64,000 nucleotides of DNA. Source: Rickettsiales bacterium. Lineage in GTDB: Bacteria > Pseudomonadota > Alphaproteobacteria > Rickettsiales > UBA1997. Below, piece after piece: positions 40,721 to 50,466 of this stretch. The translations under genes were made by a program, and so were the position numbers. The stretch lies in the NCBI GenBank assembly GCA_038123275.1, contig JAYORG010000001.1:66710-130709 (forward strand), given 5' to 3'. The notes beneath the pieces are model-generated. The model ran no database searches and was not told the DNA's origin. It saw nothing but the letters and a program-made list of their open reading frames with translations. Position 1 is the first letter of the stretch. Each line of letters opens with the position of its first letter.

Positions 40721-41074
40721 TTAATTTTCTACAGCTTTTTTTATTACATTGTGCTTCCTTTTTAATTTTTCAAATAAAGAAATTTGCTCCTTTGCCAATT
40801 TAGCACATTCATCTGGCTTAAATGATTCACATTCAAACCCTAAAACATCTTTCATTATTTTTATAGTATAAGGCATAAAGTGAACAGTGCCATCTTTGTC
40901 AATTTTCTTAATACCATCATATTTTTGCGCTTCTTCATTAGTTTTGATAGCTGTCGGGGTTTTTATATATTCTGGTAAAGCTAATTTCACTCCATCTTTA
41001 TTAATATAAACTGGATAACCTCCTGGTAGTCCATTTACTCCAGGGGCATGAGTCTCTACTAGCTCATCGGCTAG
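40721..41074 (-). pseudogene. 3' remnant of an unidentified gene (no ATG; open frame runs to 41074)
   Basis: The frame continues upstream of the GTG at 40990 as LADELVETHAPGVNGLPGGYPVYINKDG with no start codon. It abuts the LysR remnant. Confidence 0.4.
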
Positions 41075-41492
41075 TTACTGGCTAGCACCAAAATTAGAAG
41101 ATTTCAAAAGCAAATATCCTAATTTTATAATTAATGTTATTTCATCTAACAGTAATAATTCTGATATTAATGATATTGATGCTGACATGGCTATACGGTA
41201 TAGCAATAAGCCATCTAAGTTTTTATGTAGCGAACTATTAATGGATGAAGTTTTTTACATGGTATGTAGCCCTAAATTTCTTGATAAGAATGGACCTATT
41301 AAATCTGTCAAAGATATTGTAAAATATAATTTATTAGACCAGTTTTATCCTGCTATATGGCCTGAGTTTCTAAACTTAGAAGGTTTAGGTTATAATAAAG
41401 AAAACTACCTTTATTTTGAACATTTTTATGTTTTAATTCAGGCTGTTTATTCAGGGTCTGGAATTGCTTTATTACCCTATAAGTCTTTTTAG
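41052..41492 (+). pseudogene. Internal fragment of a LysR/GcvA-type regulator (HTH and C-terminus missing)
   Basis: SYWLAPKLEDFKSKYPNFIINV..DADMAIRYSN..LMDEVFYMVCSP..IQAVYSGSGIALLP matches the effector-binding domain only. Confidence 0.6.
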
Positions 41493-42833
41493 TTACAGTG
41501 ATTCTTGAATTTTTTTAGCAATTTTATTAGCAACTTCTTTAATTTTCTTTTGATCTTCACCTTCAACCATTACTCTAACTAATTTTTCTGTTCCAGATTT
41601 ACGTACAAAAACCCTGCCATTCGTCAAATTTCCCTCTTCATTTTTAATAAGATCTAAAATATCTTTATTTTCCAAAGGATCTTTACCATCAAATTTAACA
41701 TTTACTAAAATTTGAGGCATTAATTCAAAAATATTAGCAATTTGGCTAATAGGTTTATTTCCTTCACAAATTGATGATAAAATTTGCAAAGCTGCAATTA
41801 AGCCATCACCTGTTGTAGAGTAATCTCCAAGAACCAAATGACCAGATTGTTCTCCACCAAAATTACATTTATTTTTCTTCATTGCTTCCAAAACATAGCG
41901 ATCGCCAACTTGTGTTCTAATGGTAGAAATTCCCATATAAGAAAGGTAATTTTCTAAAGCTAAATTTGACATTTGGGTAATAGCTACAGTATCTCTTTTT
42001 AGTTTTCCTTCTTGGTGTAGTTTTTCAGCAATTAAGGCAATTAAAATATCTCCTGGAATTTCATTGCCTTTTTCATCAATAACAAGCAAGCGATCAGCAT
42101 CGCCATCAAGAGCTATTCCAATATCAGCCTTTTGTTCAATTACGGTTTTTTTAATTAATTCAGGGTTGGTAGATCCACAATTCTTATTAATATTAAAACC
42201 ATTTGGATTATTGCCAATTTCAATTACTTGCGCTCCTAATTCCCATAATATTGTGCCAGCAATTGAGTAAGCTGCTCCATTGGCACTATCAACTACAATT
42301 TTTAAATTATTTAAGCTTTTATCTTTAGGAAAAGTATTTTTTACAAATTCTATATATCTTCCACGTGGATTTTCTAGCCTTGTTACCTTGCCAAGATTAG
42401 AAGCTTTAGCATAAAATTGCGACATATCTTGATCTAGCATTTCTTCAATTTCCTTTTCAATCTTATCATTTAGCTTGTGGCCATTTTTATCAAAAATTTT
42501 AATACCATTATCAGTGTATGGGTTATGTGATGCTGAAATCATAATGCCAATGTCAGCACGCAAAGATCTTGTTATCATAGAAACAGCAGGAGTTGGAACT
42601 GGTCCAACCAAAAATACATCCATACCAGCAGCAGCAAATCCAGCGGTTAAAGCTGGCTCAATAACATATCCTGAAATACGAGTATCTTTACCAATAACAA
42701 CACGATGACGATGATCACCATCAGTAAATTTCTTACCAACTACCATGCCAACTTTTAAGGCAATTTCAGGAGTCATTGGAAACTGATTAGCAGTTCCCCT
42801 TATGCCATCTGTTCCAAAATATTTTTTTGTCAT
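41493..42833 (-). CDS. glmM: Phosphoglucosamine mutase
   Basis: YFGTDGIRG, SASHNPYTDNGIK, DGDADR and GGEQSGH motifs. Confidence 0.95.
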   Translation of the reverse strand: MTKKYFGTDGIRGTANQFPMTPEIALKVGMVVGKKFTDGDHRHRVVIGKDTRISGYVIEPALTAGFAAAGMDVFLVGPVPTPAVSMITRSLRADIGIMISASHNPYTDNGIKIFDKNGHKLNDKIEKEIEEMLDQDMSQFYAKASNLGKVTRLENPRGRYIEFVKNTFPKDKSLNNLKIVVDSANGAAYSIAGTILWELGAQVIEIGNNPNGFNINKNCGSTNPELIKKTVIEQKADIGIALDGDADRLLVIDEKGNEIPGDILIALIAEKLHQEGKLKRDTVAITQMSNLALENYLSYMGISTIRTQVGDRYVLEAMKKNKCNFGGEQSGHLVLGDYSTTGDGLIAALQILSSICEGNKPISQIANIFELMPQILVNVKFDGKDPLENKDILDLIKNEEGNLTNGRVFVRKSGTEKLVRVMVEGEDQKKIKEVANKIAKKIQESL

Positions 42834-42871
42834 AATATTAAAATTTTATTAATTCTTACCACATATTCGAT

Positions 42872-42929
42872 CGGGGTCAGTGTCTAAAAAGTCATGAACC
42901 ATAGGTTCATGACTTTTTTGCTTTGACCC
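42872..42929 (-). terminator. Nested hairpin terminator between the alaS C-fragment and glmM
   Basis: Outer stem ggggtca/tgacccc and inner stem aaaaagtcatgaacc/ggttcatgacttttt, with T-runs on both strands. Confidence 0.6.
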
Positions 42930-42983
42930 CTTATTATAGGGAGAATGCAAAGTTCTAACATACTAGGTATTAATTTTTAGTAT

Positions 42984-44960
42984 TTAAGATAATAATTGAG
43001 TTTTTAAAACTTCAATTGCATTCTTAATTCCATCTTTATTATTTCCACCACCAAACGCAAGATCTGGTTTTCCGCCACCACCTTTACCACCAATATTTTC
43101 TACTATTACAGGGATTAATTTACCAGCATTAAATTTTAAACATAAATCCTGGCTAATTGCTATGGCAACTGCAACTTTACCTTCAAGGCTACTAAAAAAG
43201 CAAATTATTGTATTTTCATTATTTTCTTTTTTAGATTTAATTTGCGTAATTGCATCTCTTAAATCTTTAGCATTTGTATCTTCAAAATAATGGTGAATTA
43301 AATTAATGTTATTAATTTTCTCATTTTCAAAATCTGTAGATAAGCTAAGTTGTTCCTTTTTCTTTTTTTCTATTTCTTTATTAACTTTTTTTAGTTTTTC
43401 TTGAAGATTTAAAATTTGTAAATCAAATTCTTTTATCTTTTTCCTAAATTCATCAATCTTTCCAATATCATCATTATTTTCAAATGTTTTTAAGGGTGGG
43501 TCAAACTCTATTTCAAAGCCGCTAATGTTACCTTCTTGACATTTTTGAATTAATCTATCTCGTAATTCAAACCATTTATTGTTAAGTTTAGTTAAGTTAT
43601 CTTCCATATCCTTAATAGCTGATATACTGGTTTTAGCTGTAATTCTTCTAATTCCCGCAGCTATTGATTTTTCAGAAATAATTTTAAAACATTCAATATC
43701 ACCTAAATTTTCAACATGAGTTCCACCACAAAATTCAACTGATAAATATTTATTATTTTTATCTTTTCCCATACTTAAAACTCTTACAACTTCACCATAT
43801 TTTTCACCAAATAAAGCAACTGCCCCTTTCTTTTTTGCTTCTTCTAATCTTATTGTTTCAACTGTCGTGTTGGTTTTTTGGGTAATTAATTGATTAACCT
43901 CATCTTCAATTCTTTCTAGGTCAGATTCTAGGATTTTTTCATTATGGTTAAAGTCAAAAGTAAAAGAATTATTAGCAACATCAGAACCTTTTTGAGTTAG
44001 CTGTTTACCAAAATTTTTTCTTAAAATATAATGTAATAAATGTGTTGCACTATGAGCCCTCTTTTTGCCTGACCTTCTATTTACTTGTGCTTCAATCTCA
44101 TCTCCAACTTTAAATTCTCCTTGGATTTTACTAACTATATGAACAAATAACTTTTCAGCTTTTTTTACCGTTTCCTTAATCTCAATTATATCTTTTGATG
44201 AACTTTGTATTTGCCCTTCATCACCTCTTTGCCCACCAGAAGTTGCATAAAATGGAGTTTGATTAAGAATAATCTCAACATTTTTGTCACCTTCTTTAAT
44301 ATTTCCAACTTCTTTGCCATCCTTAATAATTGCTATAATATTTGCGCTAACTCCTTCATTGTCTTTGGCTTCATATATTAAATTTGTATCAGTTACTCCA
44401 AGCTTTTCTTTTAAATTAAAATAAATTGAATCATCAGCTATACTACCACTACCTGACCAATTTTTTCTTGCTCTATCTCTTTGTTTTTGCATTTCATTTT
44501 CAAAGCTAGAAATATTAACTTCAATATTTCTTTCTTTTAAAATGGTTTGAGTTAAATCCAGTGGAAATCCATAAGTGTCATAAAGTTTAAAAGCAGTTTG
44601 GCCATTAAATTTATTATTTTTAATGTTTTTTGATTCTTTTTCCAAAACTTCAATACCTTTAGCTAGGTTTTTTCTAAATCTTTCTTCTTCAATTTTTAAA
44701 CTATTGATAATTAAATCTTGAGCTTCCTTTAATTCAGGAAAAGCATCCGACATTTTATTAACTAAAGTTGGCACTAATTTATAGATAAAGGCTTCTTTTT
44801 CGTTTAATTTATGAGAATGTAACATGGCTCTTCTCATTATTCTTCTTAAAACATATCCCCTGCCTTCATTGCTTGGAAGTATGCCATCAGCTATTAAAAA
44901 GGCACTTGAGCGTAAGTGATCGGCGATAACTTTATAAGATGAGTTGATTTTATTATTCAC
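42984..44960 (-). CDS. alaS: Alanyl-tRNA synthetase, C-terminal fragment (tRNA-recognition, editing and C-Ala domains)
   Basis: Begins (GTG) NNKINSSYKVIADHLRSSAFLIADGILPSNEGRGYVLRRIMRRA. Contains the editing motif HSATHLLH, CGGTHV and GGKGGGGKPDLAFGGG. Confidence 0.9.
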   Translation of the reverse strand: MNNKINSSYKVIADHLRSSAFLIADGILPSNEGRGYVLRRIMRRAMLHSHKLNEKEAFIYKLVPTLVNKMSDAFPELKEAQDLIINSLKIEEERFRKNLAKGIEVLEKESKNIKNNKFNGQTAFKLYDTYGFPLDLTQTILKERNIEVNISSFENEMQKQRDRARKNWSGSGSIADDSIYFNLKEKLGVTDTNLIYEAKDNEGVSANIIAIIKDGKEVGNIKEGDKNVEIILNQTPFYATSGGQRGDEGQIQSSSKDIIEIKETVKKAEKLFVHIVSKIQGEFKVGDEIEAQVNRRSGKKRAHSATHLLHYILRKNFGKQLTQKGSDVANNSFTFDFNHNEKILESDLERIEDEVNQLITQKTNTTVETIRLEEAKKKGAVALFGEKYGEVVRVLSMGKDKNNKYLSVEFCGGTHVENLGDIECFKIISEKSIAAGIRRITAKTSISAIKDMEDNLTKLNNKWFELRDRLIQKCQEGNISGFEIEFDPPLKTFENNDDIGKIDEFRKKIKEFDLQILNLQEKLKKVNKEIEKKKKEQLSLSTDFENEKINNINLIHHYFEDTNAKDLRDAITQIKSKKENNENTIICFFSSLEGKVAVAIAISQDLCLKFNAGKLIPVIVENIGGKGGGGKPDLAFGGGNNKDGIKNAIEVLKTQLLS

Positions 44961-45019
44961 TTTCGTTATTTTTAGGTGCTTTAATTCAGTTCTTAACTGT
45001 TTAATTTATAAAACATAAA

Positions 45020-45313
45020 ATGATAAATCTCAATCCTTTCATTAATCTTATTTCTTCGATTCTATCAATTTATTCATTTTGTTTAATTGCATATGTAGTT
45101 TTGCATTATTTATTTTTGTTCAAAATAATTAATCCCTACAATCAATTTGTGCAACAAGTACATCGTTTTTTAATAAGAATTTTTGAGCCAGTTTTATCAA
45201 AAATCAGAAATCATGTTCCAAATATTCACGGTATTGATATTTCAGTTCTTATTTTATTTTTAGGGATCTACTTTGTTAGGGATATTTTATACACTTATTT
45301 TTATGTTTATTAA
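45020..45313 (+). CDS. YggT family membrane protein
   Basis: ~97 aa with two hydrophobic segments and a YggT-like layout. Confidence 0.7.
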   Translation: MINLNPFINLISSILSIYSFCLIAYVVLHYLFLFKIINPYNQFVQQVHRFLIRIFEPVLSKIRNHVPNIHGIDISVLILFLGIYFVRDILYTYFYVY

Positions 45314-45327
45314 TAGAGTCTGAATTC

Positions 45328-47505
45328 ATGACAAAAAAGGGAAAAACTTTTCATTATACATCATTAGCTATAAATCTTTTGGAGAAATTAATTAATCCAA
45401 AGTTTAATGTTGATGGTGTTGAAAAGATACCTCAAAAGCCGGTTTTATTTGTTGCTAACCATTTTACTCGTTTTGAAACCTTTATTATTCCTTATATAAT
45501 TCATAAATATACTCATCGTCAAGTTAGGTGTTTGGCTGATAGTGGTTTGTTTAAAGGAGGATTCGGAGATTTTCTAACAAATGTTGGAACATTATCAACC
45601 ACAGACCCAGATAGGAATAAGACTATAATTTCAGATTTAATGTCAGGAGATTATGATTGGATGATATATCCTGAGGGTGCTATGGTCAAGAGCAAAGAGA
45701 TTTATTCTAAAGGTGGCTTTATTTCCCATACTCCTTATGGAGTTAGTCGAGCTAAAACAGGAGCCACAGTCCTGGCATTAAAATCAGAACTTTATCGCCA
45801 AGAGTTAATAAGGGCAAAAAAAGAAAATAATCAAGAAATTATCGATTTTTACGAAAAATCCTATGATGTTAAATATAAGGATAGGTTAAAAGAGGTGGAT
45901 ACTCATATTGTTCCAATAAATATTACCTATTATCCAATTAGGCCTGGAGAAAATATTATTAAAAAAGTTGCTCAAAGTGTATTAAAAAGATTGCCAAGAA
46001 AAATTGCTGAAGAATTAGAAATTGAAGGAAATCTTATTTTATCAGCAAATATTAATGTAAGTTTTGGTGAGGCTATTAGAGTTGCTGATTATAGTAGAAA
46101 GGCACGTAGTTTAGTTAGGAAAATCCCTTTAATGAAAAATAAATCTAAAAGTAACTTAGTAATTAGCTATTTAAAATATCGCCTTACTAGTAAAATCATG
46201 GAAGAAATTTATTTTGATACCAAGATTAATTTAGATCATTTATTTACGGCAGTACTTTTTAAATATAAAGAAGAGTCAATTAGCATTAACCATTTGAAAA
46301 ATATTATATACTCTGCTGCTGTTAATATCCAAAAGACCAATAAATACCGCCTGAGCCATTCTATTTTGGAGCATAACTTAATTAAAATTTTTAATGACGA
46401 ACCTCATAAAGAATTAGATGGAGTTATTGCATTGGCTAAATCTTTAAAAATTGTTAAGGAAAGTGCTGATGGTCAATTTTTAGTGATTAATAAATCAAAA
46501 ATAAATCAAAAACACGATTTTCATGATATTAGAAAGGAAAATACCTTACAGGTAATATTTAATGAGTTTGCTTTACTTAAAACTGCAAATTTAGCAGTAA
46601 AAAGAAGTATGATAATGAGTGACATTAAGTTAAAAAAGGAAGTTTTTCAGAAAATTCTTAAAGCAGATATTCAAAATTTCCTAAAGGATTATCACGATTA
46701 TTACGATGATAACTTATCTAAACAAGCAGAGATTGGGTCACCATTTTTTTTAAATAGTAATAGTAAAAATAAAGATGTTGGTATTGTTTTATGTCATGGC
46801 TATCAATCAGCTCCAGAAGAAGTTAGGCAATTAGCTATTCATTTAAACGGATTAGGTTTTAGAGTTTATGCGGTGCGTCTTAAAGGTCATGGAACATCAC
46901 CTCAAAATATACAAGATGTTTCCTATCATGACTGGTATAATGATATAAGCAGAGGATATAGTGCCCTTAGTAGAATATGTTCTAAAATAATAATAATTGG
47001 TTTTTCAACTGGCGGTTTATTATCATTATTATCCTGCGCCAAAAAGCCACAAAATAGTATTTTTGCAGTTATCACTATTAATGCTGCTTTAAAATTACAA
47101 GACATTAGGGCTAGATATATAGTGCCAGGAATTACTATTTGGAATGATTTACTAAATAAGTTTAAAATCAAGAAAGCCACTTTAGAATATATTGAAAATA
47201 ATTCTGAGAATCCATTAGTTAATTACCCTAGAAACTATTTATCTGGAGTTGGAGAGCTTGGCAAATTAATGAGTGAATGTTCTAGTAATTTAAGCAAGGT
47301 AAGTAATCCAGCATTAATAATTTACTCTAAAAATGATCCAATAGTAAAGCCAGATAGTAGTAAAATTATTCAAAAAGAAATTAAGTCTGATATTAAAGAG
47401 TTAAAAGAATTTGATATGGATAATCATATTATTATTTTTGGAGATAATAACAAAAAAGTTTTCGATGTTATTGAAAAGTTTATCTTTAAATTACTTGCAA
47501 GTTAG
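45328..47505 (+). CDS. Fusion protein: LPLAT/PlsC-like acyltransferase + alpha/beta-hydrolase (lipase/esterase)
   Basis: VANHFTRFET and IYPEGAMVKSK (acyltransferase blocks I and III) in the N-terminal part. VLCHGYQS...GFSTGG (GxSxG) in the C-terminal part. Confidence 0.75.
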   Translation: MTKKGKTFHYTSLAINLLEKLINPKFNVDGVEKIPQKPVLFVANHFTRFETFIIPYIIHKYTHRQVRCLADSGLFKGGFGDFLTNVGTLSTTDPDRNKTIISDLMSGDYDWMIYPEGAMVKSKEIYSKGGFISHTPYGVSRAKTGATVLALKSELYRQELIRAKKENNQEIIDFYEKSYDVKYKDRLKEVDTHIVPINITYYPIRPGENIIKKVAQSVLKRLPRKIAEELEIEGNLILSANINVSFGEAIRVADYSRKARSLVRKIPLMKNKSKSNLVISYLKYRLTSKIMEEIYFDTKINLDHLFTAVLFKYKEESISINHLKNIIYSAAVNIQKTNKYRLSHSILEHNLIKIFNDEPHKELDGVIALAKSLKIVKESADGQFLVINKSKINQKHDFHDIRKENTLQVIFNEFALLKTANLAVKRSMIMSDIKLKKEVFQKILKADIQNFLKDYHDYYDDNLSKQAEIGSPFFLNSNSKNKDVGIVLCHGYQSAPEEVRQLAIHLNGLGFRVYAVRLKGHGTSPQNIQDVSYHDWYNDISRGYSALSRICSKIIIIGFSTGGLLSLLSCAKKPQNSIFAVITINAALKLQDIRARYIVPGITIWNDLLNKFKIKKATLEYIENNSENPLVNYPRNYLSGVGELGKLMSECSSNLSKVSNPALIIYSKNDPIVKPDSSKIIQKEIKSDIKELKEFDMDNHIIIFGDNNKKVFDVIEKFIFKLLAS

Positions 47506-47726
47506 ATCAAAATAAAATACTCATGATAATTCCCGTAAAGAAAAACTTATTTGAGCCTGGTCCTGTTAGTAGCTCTAGTAATTTAAATTTACTAGATGTA
47601 GATTTCTTAGTTAATTTTGTATAAGTTCTATTTTAGTAAAGATTAAGTAAATAATATTGAAATAATAATATTTCTAGATACTATTAGCAGCAAATTAAGC
47701 AATTTAATTATATAATTTTATATTTC

Positions 47727-49214
47727 ATGAAGGATGAAAATAATATAAAAGATAAGGAAATAGAAGCTGAAGCTGAAGTCGAAGAAGAAGATTACGAAGA
47801 AGAAGAATACGACTATGATGATGATTCGGTAGATGCTGGGGGGCCTGATGTTGCTAGTGGAAAAGGTAGTAAAATGACTCTTATTGCTTTTTCAGCAGTA
47901 TTAATGGCTGTTGTATTTTATTTTCTATTTTTTAAAGGCAGTGAACAATCATCAGATGGCGATAATTTAGATTTAGTAACACCAGATTCCGATTTTTCAA
48001 GTGAGACACCCGCCGATGCAACAGATTTAGAAGATTTTGACTCCATTTTTGGTAAAACTGTAGAAGATACACGTGAAGATGTAATATTAGAAACTCCTGA
48101 TATTCCATCCATTCCACAATTACCTGATGTATTTGAAAATGATGCTTCAGATGATATTTTACCAGCTTTTTTAGATTTACCTAAAGAGCAACAACAATTT
48201 GACAGTAAAGGTCGTCCAATAACGCCTGGTCTTTCAGGGTCATCTCAATTGGACTTTGCTGATGGTTTGTTGCCACAAAATTTAGTTGCTGGCTCTATTG
48301 ACCAATCTGGCCTAGGTGTTTTGCCTGGACAGCAGGTTGTTCCAGGAGCTCCTGGCCTACCCAATCCTGCAGGAGTTCCAGGCGCTCCAGGGGTGCCAAG
48401 TGCTGCTGGTGTTTCTCCTGGAGGTGTTGTTGATCCTCAGCTTAATACCATGACACCTTCTTCAATTATTGTTGTTGCTGGAGCTCCAGGGCCAACCAAT
48501 AGTATTGGCTATGAAAATAATATTATTAATTTAAATAAAGATCCAATTGCAGATTTAGAAGTTACAGCTCCACAAATAACCTCACAATATATTAGCGATA
48601 GAACAACAACTTTAATACAGGGTAAAATTATAACAGCAGTTTTAGAAACAGCAATTAATACAGAGTTTCCCGGTGAGGTCAGAGGTATTATTAGTAGACA
48701 TGTTTATGCAGAGTCTGGTAATAATATTTTGATACCAAGAGGATCAAGAATTTATGGATCATATTCTAGTACAGTTATCAGAGGTCAGGCTCGAGTAACA
48801 ATTAGTTGGAGTAGATTAATTAGGCCAGATGGTGTTGATGCTTCAGTTTCGCTAAATGCTTCTGATCAATTTGGTAGAGCTGGAATTCAAGGTGACGTAG
48901 ATAATAAATATGGGTCGATTATCACTAATTCTATTTTAACCAGTGTTTTAGCTGTTGGTGGTGCTATTGCTGCTGAAAAATTAGCAGAAGATGCTAGTTC
49001 TACAACTACAACAGATCCAACCACTGGTACAAGTACAACTACTGGAAGTGCTTCTGCTCAGGCAATTGCAGATGTTAGTGAAACTATTATTGATACTGTT
49101 GGTACAATTGCTACTAATGCCATTAATGTAGATCCTGTTATTAGGGTACCACAGGGAACAAAAATAACTATTGTAGTAAACAGCGACATGAGTCTGCCAG
49201 AATTCAAAAATTAG
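47727..49214 (+). CDS. virB10: Type IV secretion system protein VirB10/TrbI
   Basis: Acidic N-terminus, one TM helix, a Pro-rich linker (PGAPGLPNPAGVPGAPGVP) and a TrbI-type C-terminus (GKIITAVLETAINTEFPG..RIYGSY..RVTISWSRLIRPDG..GIQGDVDN). Confidence 0.85.
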   Translation: MKDENNIKDKEIEAEAEVEEEDYEEEEYDYDDDSVDAGGPDVASGKGSKMTLIAFSAVLMAVVFYFLFFKGSEQSSDGDNLDLVTPDSDFSSETPADATDLEDFDSIFGKTVEDTREDVILETPDIPSIPQLPDVFENDASDDILPAFLDLPKEQQQFDSKGRPITPGLSGSSQLDFADGLLPQNLVAGSIDQSGLGVLPGQQVVPGAPGLPNPAGVPGAPGVPSAAGVSPGGVVDPQLNTMTPSSIIVVAGAPGPTNSIGYENNIINLNKDPIADLEVTAPQITSQYISDRTTTLIQGKIITAVLETAINTEFPGEVRGIISRHVYAESGNNILIPRGSRIYGSYSSTVIRGQARVTISWSRLIRPDGVDASVSLNASDQFGRAGIQGDVDNKYGSIITNSILTSVLAVGGAIAAEKLAEDASSTTTTDPTTGTSTTTGSASAQAIADVSETIIDTVGTIATNAINVDPVIRVPQGTKITIVVNSDMSLPEFKN

Positions 49215-49236
49215 GGTTTAAATTCGATTCTACTTC

Positions 49237-49322
49237 GATATTTCAACGAAAATGATTGATACAAAATTCATTTACCAAAAAGTAAATTAAAATTTTCTAT
49301 CAATCATTTTCGTTGAAATATC
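49237..49322. repeat. Perfect 25-bp inverted repeat with a 36-nt loop
   Basis: gatatttcaacgaaaatgattgata (49237-49261) and its exact reverse complement at 49298-49322. Confidence 0.7.
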
Positions 49323-49390
49323 TTTGTATAATTAGATTTAAACCTTACTTTACTTTTACCAAGAGGGAAAATATTCTTAACAAGAATTAT

Positions 49391-50215
49391 ATGACAAAGA
49401 AAATAAATTTACATTTAATATCAGACTCAACAGGAGAAACTCTTAGTTCAGTTTCAAGGGCTGTTTTATCTCAATTTGAGGATGTAGAATCAAATGATTT
49501 TGTATGGCCATTAGTTAGAACTCAGTCACAAATTGATAAGGTTATAGAATCAATCTCTAAAAATCCTGGAGTAGTTTTATATACCATATTAGAAGATAAT
49601 TTGGTCAATAATCTAAAAAATCATTGTTATAAACTACAAATTCCTTGTATTCCAGTGCTATCAAGAATTGTCACTGAATTTTCCAATTATCTAGGTGTAA
49701 ATGTTAATAATTCTATTGGTCGTCAGCATATTCTAGATGAAGAATATTTTTCTCGAGTAGAGGCAATAAATTATACTATTAATCATGATGATGGACAATC
49801 AAGTTGGGATTTATATGATGCTGATATAGTTATTATTGGAGTCTCTAGAACCTCTAAGTCACCAACAAGTGTTTACTTGTCTTGTCGAGGCTACAAAGCA
49901 GCAAATATTCCATTTGTTACTATTGAAACAATGCCAGATAATCTTGCAGATCTAAAAAAACCATTCATTGTTGGTTTTACTATTAACCCAGAAAAGTTAA
50001 TACAAATTAGAAAAAATAGAATGCTATCTTTGGGTCAAGAATTAAAAACGGATTATATTGATCTAGATGTTATTAAGAAAGAGGTATCTGAGTCTAGGAA
50101 GTTGTTTTCAAAACTTAATTGTAAAGTAATAGATGTCACTAAGAGGTCTGTAGAAGAGACTGCTGCTAAAATAATACAACTTCATCAAGCACATATAAAA
50201 TCCCTAGATAAATAA
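49391..50215 (+). CDS. Pyruvate phosphate dikinase / PEP synthetase regulatory protein (DUF299)
   Basis: INLHLISDSTGET, IGVSRTSKSPTS and the typical ~275 aa length. ATG at 49391 is preferred to TTG at 49313. Confidence 0.9.
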   Translation: MTKKINLHLISDSTGETLSSVSRAVLSQFEDVESNDFVWPLVRTQSQIDKVIESISKNPGVVLYTILEDNLVNNLKNHCYKLQIPCIPVLSRIVTEFSNYLGVNVNNSIGRQHILDEEYFSRVEAINYTINHDDGQSSWDLYDADIVIIGVSRTSKSPTSVYLSCRGYKAANIPFVTIETMPDNLADLKKPFIVGFTINPEKLIQIRKNRMLSLGQELKTDYIDLDVIKKEVSESRKLFSKLNCKVIDVTKRSVEETAAKIIQLHQAHIKSLDK

Positions 50216-50223
50216 AAAAGCTT

Positions 50224-50338
50224 TATAAAGACCTTTACACAACTAAAATCAGTTAATTTACACCAAAAATAGAGAAAAATTGAACGATTTTTAATAAAAA
50301 AACACATTAAAATTTTAGTTGTGTAAAGGTCTTTTATA
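50224..50338. repeat. ~26-bp inverted repeat with a 62-nt loop
   Basis: tataaagacctttacacaactaaaat (50224-50249) pairs with attttagttgtgtaaaggtcttttata (50312-50338), with one extra t. Confidence 0.6.
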
Positions 50339-50466
50339 GTCAATAGATTAGGCCTTCTTAGTACTTTAGTATATTTTTTATTAGAAAAAACTTTAATTTT
50401 CTAATAAGAAAATTAATATACTATGTAGCTTAATTATAATTTTAAAACTAAAAACGTAATTTAACT

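Noticed and set aside
48330-48430. Collagen-like PGAPGLPNPAGVPGAPGVPSAAGV repeat
   Set aside because: It is the proline-rich periplasm-spanning linker typical of VirB10/TonB-like proteins, not an independent feature.
49313-49390. N-terminal extensions in the ORF track from TTG/GTG starts (9652, 18048, 19937, 21707, 49313, 54566, 61183, 27994)
   Set aside because: Downstream ATG codons match the conserved protein N-termini, and one has a GGAGGT Shine-Dalgarno sequence. Several extensions would run through inverted repeats or terminators.
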